Source: a virus. Taken from it: a stretch of 64,000 nucleotides of DNA. The stretch spans positions 64,001 to 128,000 of the IMG/VR virus record IMGVR_UViG_3300030104_006883; one strand, 5' to 3'. A program made the position numbers and the translations under genes. This document shows, in pieces, positions 58,685 to 64,000 of the stretch. Each line of letters opens with the position of its first letter. Position 1 is the first letter of the stretch. The notes beneath the pieces were generated by a model. The model saw only the letters and a program-made list of their open reading frames with translations. It had not been told where the DNA came from and did not search any database.

Positions 58685-58717
58685 AAAAAGGTCTCCACGA
58701 AAGTGGAGGCCTTTTTT
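58685..58717 (+). terminator. Rho-independent terminator after the major capsid gene
   Basis: AAAAA-GGTCTCCAC-GAAA-GTGGAGGCC-TTTTTT: 9-bp stem with one G-U pair, GNRA loop, U-tract. Confidence 0.9.
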
Positions 58718-58747
58718 GTTTCTAAGTCCGAAATGCACATATGGACA

Positions 58748-58755
58748 CTATTTAC
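58748..58755 (+). promoter_or_regulatory. Putative late-promoter motif CTATTTAC
   Basis: Immediately after the terminator, followed by AGGAG and ATG 58779. Confidence 0.6.
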
Positions 58756-58778
58756 TCATAGCGCAGGAGACAACATGC

Positions 58779-60110
58779 ATGGCAATGCCCACCCTATCAC
58801 CAAAACAAAATCCAAGCCCTGTGGTTTTGACCTCCACTGGCTCAACTGCTGAGTCGAGTGAAAACGAGTGGGACAATTCCGCTGGCAATTCTACAAACTA
58901 CGCGTTTGGTATTTATTTAACCAACCAATACGGTGCTTCCAATAACGATTTTATTTCCGGCGCATCGGATCAAGTAGCCTACACTTATAAGAAGCTAGGC
59001 GGAGATGTATTAGATATTGAGTTAACTGTTGGAAATATTTATACTGCTTATGAAGAGGCAGTTTTAGAGTATTCTTATATTGTCAACATACACCAAGCCA
59101 AAAATGTCTTGGGCGACTTGATGGGCAACAGAACTGGGTCGTTTGACCAAGATGGCGAAATGAAAACTGGAGAACTCTCTTCGAGTCTTGGAGGGGACAG
59201 AGTAGAGCTAAAGATGCCAAGATTTACCTTTGAGTATTCTAGGAGAGCTTCTGATGGAGTTTCTGAAGCTGTTGGTATCGGAGGGGCTTTGCCGGAATAT
59301 TCCGCGTCGTTCGATTCGGTTAATGATAAACAAGATTATGATTTACAATCAATAATTTACTCTGCCTCAATTGATGGAACCACCGCTGGGAGCCTATTTA
59401 CAGGATCCATAGGCAAAAATAAAATTACAATTAAAAAAGTATTCTATAAAACTCCCCACGCTATGTGGAGGTTCTATGGCTATTATGGTGGTTTGAACGC
59501 AGTAGGAAACATGTCAACGTATGGAATGTTTTCTGACGATTCAACGTTTGAAGTAATTCCTGCATGGCAAAATAAAGCACAAGCAATGGCCTATGAAGAT
59601 GCCATTTATACTAGAAATTCTCATTATTCTTATGAAATAAAAAACAATACTTTAAGACTTTTCCCTTCACCAACGTCGATGTCCCCGGACAAGTTCTGGG
59701 TCCAGTTCACAGTAAAAACAGATGCTTGGGTAGAAGAGTCTGACAAGGAAGGCGGCGCTGATGGTGTTAATAATATGAACACGCTGCCATTTGCTAATAT
59801 ACCATATGCAAGCATTAACAGCATCGGTAAGCAATGGATTAGAAGATTTGCATTAGCGACTGCAAAAGAAATGCTAGCACAGGTGAGAGGAAAGTTTGGT
59901 AATACGATACCAATTCCAGGGGACAATGTTAACCTAAACGCAACTGAGCTTTTGTCCCAAGCAAAGGATGAGCAACAGGCACTGAGAGAAGAACTGAAGA
60001 CAGTTCTTGATGAGCTAACTTATGCGAAGCTTTCCGAGAGAGACGCCACTATACAGGGGAATGTCAACAACACTATGAAGGTGGTGCCGTCTGGCATTTA
60101 TACAGGGTAG
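58779..60110 (+). CDS. Neck protein (gp13-like head-tail adaptor)
   Basis: YKKLGGDVLDIEL...AYEEAV and WIRRFALATAKEMLAQVRGKF..IPIPG..VNLN match gp13 patterns; start moved from 58716 to ATG 58779. Confidence 0.8.
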   Translation: MAMPTLSPKQNPSPVVLTSTGSTAESSENEWDNSAGNSTNYAFGIYLTNQYGASNNDFISGASDQVAYTYKKLGGDVLDIELTVGNIYTAYEEAVLEYSYIVNIHQAKNVLGDLMGNRTGSFDQDGEMKTGELSSSLGGDRVELKMPRFTFEYSRRASDGVSEAVGIGGALPEYSASFDSVNDKQDYDLQSIIYSASIDGTTAGSLFTGSIGKNKITIKKVFYKTPHAMWRFYGYYGGLNAVGNMSTYGMFSDDSTFEVIPAWQNKAQAMAYEDAIYTRNSHYSYEIKNNTLRLFPSPTSMSPDKFWVQFTVKTDAWVEESDKEGGADGVNNMNTLPFANIPYASINSIGKQWIRRFALATAKEMLAQVRGKFGNTIPIPGDNVNLNATELLSQAKDEQQALREELKTVLDELTYAKLSERDATIQGNVNNTMKVVPSGIYTG

Positions 60111-60120
60111 GGGGAGTTAG

Positions 60121-60600
60121 ATGTCTAAATGGAAGCAGCCAGATAGTCCCCCGCCTCCCTTATTTGCTGGGAAAAAAGAACGAGATCTTGTAAAGCAAGT
60201 TAATGACGAGCTAATTGAAAGAGTCATAGGACAGCAAATAGTTTATTATCCAATTAGTTTAGAAAAAACTGACTTTCACCCTGTCTATGGAGAAGCGATA
60301 AAAAAATCTTTTTTGCCTCCGGTAAGGGTTTATGCGCTAGTTGAGTATGGAGGGAACCAAAGTAATTCAGATGTCTTTGGTATAGATAAGACTTCTACAA
60401 TAACTGTTTCATTTCACAAAAGAAGACTCTTAGAAGAACAAGACTTATATGTAAGAGAAGGTGACTTTGTGCTATATGGAGAACAATATTACGAAATCAC
60501 AACGATAACCTGGCAAAGACAGCTATTTGGCCAGATTGACCATAGATTTGAGATTATTGCTAGTTGTACGAGAGCCAGAGAGGGACTATTCAATGTCTGA
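60121..60600 (+). CDS. Neck/head-closure protein (gp14-like)
   Basis: ERDLVKQVNDELIERVIGQQIVYYP...VYGEA..KSF pattern; follows gp13. Confidence 0.7.
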   Translation: MSKWKQPDSPPPPLFAGKKERDLVKQVNDELIERVIGQQIVYYPISLEKTDFHPVYGEAIKKSFLPPVRVYALVEYGGNQSNSDVFGIDKTSTITVSFHKRRLLEEQDLYVREGDFVLYGEQYYEITTITWQRQLFGQIDHRFEIIASCTRAREGLFNV

Positions 60601-61495
60601 TCCTAAGAACGAACATAAAAGTAAACTTGATTATAGCTTTACGGGACTAGAAGACACTTCAAAGGTGCAAGAAAAGATTTTAGAGCCCTCAACTTTAGAA
60701 ACTATAGATGAATCTCTATATGATTTTGTCAACGAGCTTGACATCTTTGCTACGACAAACCGAGGGTTTAGCAAAGTCCCAGTAATTTGGACATCAGCGG
60801 AGAGAGCTTTTCATATTAAAGAGTCGCCGGAGCTACACGACTTAAACGGAAATATAATTCTTCCTGTTATTTCGATTGTTAGAGGTAATATAACTAAAGA
60901 TCCTGCAAATCGCGGAGGAATATATGCGAATGCACTCCCACAGAACAAAGAAGGCGGCACTATAACAATAGCAAGAAGGATCAAGCAGGATAAGACTTCG
61001 AACTTTGCGAATGCAGACGCCAAGAGACTACACGATCAAAGTACTTTCAAGAGAAAAAATGAAAAAGTTGTATACGAGACAATAACGATGCCATTGCCGG
61101 TATATGTTGATGTAGAATACTCAATTTATGTTAGAACAGAGTACCAACAACAGATGAACGAGATAACAACACCATTTTTGAATGTCGGCAGAGGCCTAAA
61201 TTATTTCAGCTTGGGAGCGAATGGTCACAGGTTTGAAGGCTTTATAGATCCTACACATAATTTTGAAACAAACGCTTTAGACGTAGCTGATCAGGAAAAA
61301 ACTTTTTTGACTACTATAAATTTAAAGGTAAGAGGCTATCTTGTAGGGAATGACAAGAACCAGGCACCGCCAAAACTTGTTAAAACGCAAAACGCTGTTG
61401 AGGTTCGACTACCGAAAGAGCATGTTATTTTTGGAGACATACCGGAAACTACAGACAAGGCCTTTTATAGGGAACAATCCTTAAAAACGAAATAG
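60593..61495 (+). CDS. Tail terminator / sheath stabiliser (gp15-like)
   Basis: KVPVIW, LPVISIVRGNITKDPANR, PVYVDVEYSIYVRTEYQQQMNEI; between gp14 and sheath; start moved from 60527 to ATG 60593. Confidence 0.75.
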   Translation: MSDPKNEHKSKLDYSFTGLEDTSKVQEKILEPSTLETIDESLYDFVNELDIFATTNRGFSKVPVIWTSAERAFHIKESPELHDLNGNIILPVISIVRGNITKDPANRGGIYANALPQNKEGGTITIARRIKQDKTSNFANADAKRLHDQSTFKRKNEKVVYETITMPLPVYVDVEYSIYVRTEYQQQMNEITTPFLNVGRGLNYFSLGANGHRFEGFIDPTHNFETNALDVADQEKTFLTTINLKVRGYLVGNDKNQAPPKLVKTQNAVEVRLPKEHVIFGDIPETTDKAFYREQSLKTK

Positions 61496-61527
61496 CCCCA
61501 ATTTTATTCTTTTCGTCGCTCCATTTA

Positions 61528-61535
61528 CTATTTAA
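61528..61535 (+). promoter_or_regulatory. Putative late-promoter motif CTATTTAA
   Basis: Intergenic, upstream of sheath gene. Confidence 0.55.
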
Positions 61536-61573
61536 TAGAGAATAACCATTTTATTTCATGGGAGAACATTAAC

Positions 61574-64000
61574 ATGTCGGTTAAGAAGTTTAAATTTGTT
61601 TCACCTGGAGTTTTCATCAATGAGATCGATAACTCCCAAAGACCAAACGAGCCAACAGGAAGAGGCCCACTTATCATCGGTAGAACCGAAAGAGGCCCAT
61701 CAATGGTGCCGTATCAAGTAAATTCTTTTGCAGAATTTGTAACTGTATTCGGCAATCCAATCTCTGGCAAAACAAACACAGATAGTTGGAGAGATGGCAA
61801 TTACGGCGCTCCAACATACGCTGCATATGCGGCACAAGCTTGGTTGACAAATAATTCCCCCGTGACAATAGTCAGGCTTCTTGGTGATGAGAATTCCAAA
61901 GGCACTGGAACCGGAGACGCATTGGCAGGGTGGAACACAGCGAACGAAATTAAGGCCGCTGGAGCTTCTAACGTTATCGCAGGCGGCGGAGCCTATGGCC
62001 TTTGGCTTGTTGATAGCGGTTCCAATATCGAGGATGGCACAGGCGGGTCCTCGAACTTCATGTTCGGCGCGGGCGTTACTGGAACACTAGGGGCGATTTT
62101 TTATACCAACACCGGTTGCCCACAGCTAAGCGGGTCGACCGCTGGATACAATATAGCTCCATCTGATGGCATACCTGATGTAACAGGCTCTGCAATTTGG
62201 GTCAAGTCTACAGCCGATAAGACCTTTAAGCTTGTTATGATGGATGGATCTACGGATGTGGCGGCTGCGGCTACTGAAACCGTTACATTTAATTTCGATA
62301 GAACTTCAAGCAAGTATATTAGAAAGGTTTTAAATACAAATCCGGTATTGACAAACTCCGATGTTTCTTCAGACACGAAGAACTTTTGGCTTGGTGAGAC
62401 TTTCGAAAGAGAAGTATACAATAGATGCTCTGGCTCCACACAATGGGGAGTTATTTTGCCAATGGCCCAATTCGGAACAGCCAGTAACCAGTGGCAGGAG
62501 CATAACTATGGAATGAGAAGATCTAAGACTGGCTGGTTTATTTCCCAGGACGTGAGAACGACTCCGGGGTCCGCTGTGGAAACTAGCAATGTCTTGAGCC
62601 CCGTGTATAGTCCAGAAAGCATGCAAAAGCTTTTCAAAATTCATTCATTGGGGTGGGGCGAGTGGAACCAGAACAATCTTAAGATCTCTATCGAGAATGT
62701 GTCGGCACCTACCAATAATTCAGACCCTTATGGTCACTTTAGTGTGAGAGTTAGAAAGATAGAAGACAATGATGGTGCTTTGAAGACTGTCGAGCTATAC
62801 GACAACTGCAATCTTAATCCTAATTCTGAAAACTACATCGCCAAGATGATCGGCGATAGGTACATCGAGTGGGATGAAGACACAAAGCGATACACAGAGT
62901 ATGGGAATTATGATAATAATTCGCAATTTATCAGAGTCGAAATGAATACTGATGTTGACGACGGAACAACGGACGCCTCGTATCTACCGTTTGGTGTTTA
63001 TGGGCACCCAAGGTTTGCACCTTGGCGGTTTGTGTCTGGAACGACAGGCCCTATTAAGTTAGCCTCTGCGGCGACCTCTGGATCTGTTGACTATGCCAAC
63101 ACATATATCTCATCCTTTGTAGGCGGAGTAACTTCGTTCATCCCAGGAGGTCAGTATCGCAATGATGCAAACAATTCGGATGCTTGGATTGGCGTTGCTC
63201 CGTCAGCTTCTAATAACGTTGCACAAGCAGGGGCGCACGCTCCCTTTGTATTCCCCGCTGTCCCACTAAGGTCTGGGTCGTTAGATGGAAACATCCAGAG
63301 CCCAAGACAGGCATACTTCGGTGCAGATGTGCTTAGAAAAGAGGGTGGAGTCTTTTATCTTGACTTTGAAAAATCAACAAGAGATATTCTTAGGGCGCTC
63401 CCTGACAGCCATAAAGACAGTGACACTGTGGCAAACCAGCTTGAGTGGTCTTGGGTATTCTCCCTGGATGATGTAAGTGGTACTTTTGGCAATAGTGTAT
63501 CCTACTCCTCTGGTAGCCGCGCGACAGGGCGCTCAATAACTGCGGGCTCTGGTTCGTGGCAAGATGTTTTGACCGCAGGGTTCAACAAGTTCACTACTGT
63601 GCTCTATGGAGGTTTTGACGGTCTTAGAATTGATGAATCGGACCCGTTTAGAAACACGTTTACTACTGACGGGACGGAAACAACTAATTATGCTTACAAC
63701 TCTATTAAGAGAGCTATTGACTCCGCGAAAGACCCAGAGGTAGTCGATTACAACATCGCACTTGCTCCTGGCGTCACTACTAGCGGATTGACTGACCACT
63801 TAATCAATATTTGCGAAGATCGAGGCGACGCACTAGCAATCGTAGATTTGGCAGGAGGTTATGTACCTAGTTCCGAGAATACCACGGCACAGTCAGGAAG
63901 ATTGGGCAGCGTCAATACAACAATTACCAATCTAAATAACCGTGGCATTAACTCTAGTTACGGGTGTGCATACTACCCCTGGGTACAGGCTAGGGACACG
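61574..64000 (+). CDS. Tail sheath protein (gp18-like), 3'-truncated by window end
   Basis: Manual translation MSVKKFKFVSPGVFINEIDNS...IIGRTERGP..VP..V.SFAEFVTVFGNP and ...GINSSYGCAYYPWVQARDT; absent from ORF track because there is no stop in the window. Confidence 0.93.
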   Translation, partial: MSVKKFKFVSPGVFINEIDNSQRPNEPTGRGPLIIGRTERGPSMVPYQVNSFAEFVTVFGNPISGKTNTDSWRDGNYGAPTYAAYAAQAWLTNNSPVTIVRLLGDENSKGTGTGDALAGWNTANEIKAAGASNVIAGGGAYGLWLVDSGSNIEDGTGGSSNFMFGAGVTGTLGAIFYTNTGCPQLSGSTAGYNIAPSDGIPDVTGSAIWVKSTADKTFKLVMMDGSTDVAAAATETVTFNFDRTSSKYIRKVLNTNPVLTNSDVSSDTKNFWLGETFEREVYNRCSGSTQWGVILPMAQFGTASNQWQEHNYGMRRSKTGWFISQDVRTTPGSAVETSNVLSPVYSPESMQKLFKIHSLGWGEWNQNNLKISIENVSAPTNNSDPYGHFSVRVRKIEDNDGALKTVELYDNCNLNPNSENYIAKMIGDRYIEWDEDTKRYTEYGNYDNNSQFIRVEMNTDVDDGTTDASYLPFGVYGHPRFAPWRFVSGTTGPIKLASAATSGSVDYANTYISSFVGGVTSFIPGGQYRNDANNSDAWIGVAPSASNNVAQAGAHAPFVFPAVPLRSGSLDGNIQSPRQAYFGADVLRKEGGVFYLDFEKSTRDILRALPDSHKDSDTVANQLEWSWVFSLDDVSGTFGNSVSYSSGSRATGRSITAGSGSWQDVLTAGFNKFTTVLYGGFDGLRIDESDPFRNTFTTDGTETTNYAYNSIKRAIDSAKDPEVVDYNIALAPGVTTSGLTDHLINICEDRGDALAIVDLAGGYVPSSENTTAQSGRLGSVNTTITNLNNRGINSSYGCAYYPWVQARDT

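Noticed and set aside
1-64000. Minus-strand and short alternate-frame ORFs in the track (e.g. 2950-3210, 9070-9636, 27339-27860, 40125-40583, 50658-51167, 55600-56127)
   Set aside because: All lie within longer + strand genes with recognisable motifs, read as antisense shadows (Ser/Leu/Phe-rich), and have no supporting Shine-Dalgarno or family motif
15604-64000. Interpretation as an extracellular contractile injection system or tailocin
   Set aside because: Terminase, portal, protease, scaffold, capsid, neck and primase are present, so this is a DNA-packaging phage
1-64000. tRNA, rRNA or CRISPR arrays
   Set aside because: Intergenic gaps are under about 80 nt and I saw no cloverleaf or repeat-spacer pattern; a tRNAscan run would confirm
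1-64000. Stop-codon reassignment as seen in some large phages
   Set aside because: Standard-code ORFs tile the window, conserved genes are full length, and TAA, TAG and TGA all end genes

Overview
The window is a segment of a large T4-like (contractile-tailed) bacteriophage genome. All credible genes are on the + strand, densely packed and often translationally coupled, in the standard genetic code. Order: nucleotide-sugar cluster (heptose kinase and adenylyltransferase, HAD phosphatase, cupin, dTDP-glucose 4,6-dehydratase; 1-2200); FmdB-like Zn ribbon and gp55-like late sigma factor; baseplate/tail-tip module (possible split gp5, M15-like peptidase, 2947-aa orphan, gp25, gp6, 2896-aa LamG/gp7-like protein, tail-collar-like paralogues; 4054-40128); RuvC-like resolvase, primase and a fused Mre11-Rad50 (gp47-gp46); a possible lysis cassette; head module (TerL, portal, prohead protease, ribosomal protein bS21, scaffold, major capsid); neck gp13/gp14/gp15; and a tail sheath that runs off the window end. 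No tRNA, rRNA, CRISPR array, integrase or transposase was seen. Most notable signals: (1) strong enrichment of an [S/T]-G-S / [S/T]-A-S tripeptide in a subset of virion proteins beside a sugar-nucleotide pathway, suggesting a virion glycosylation system; (2) a recurring CTAHTTAH motif upstream of virion genes, a candidate late promoter; (3) shared N-terminal capsid-targeting-like motifs; (4) bS21 in a phage with canonical sigma70 and Shine-Dalgarno signals. All functional calls come from motif recognition by eye; no database searches were run and all counts are manual.
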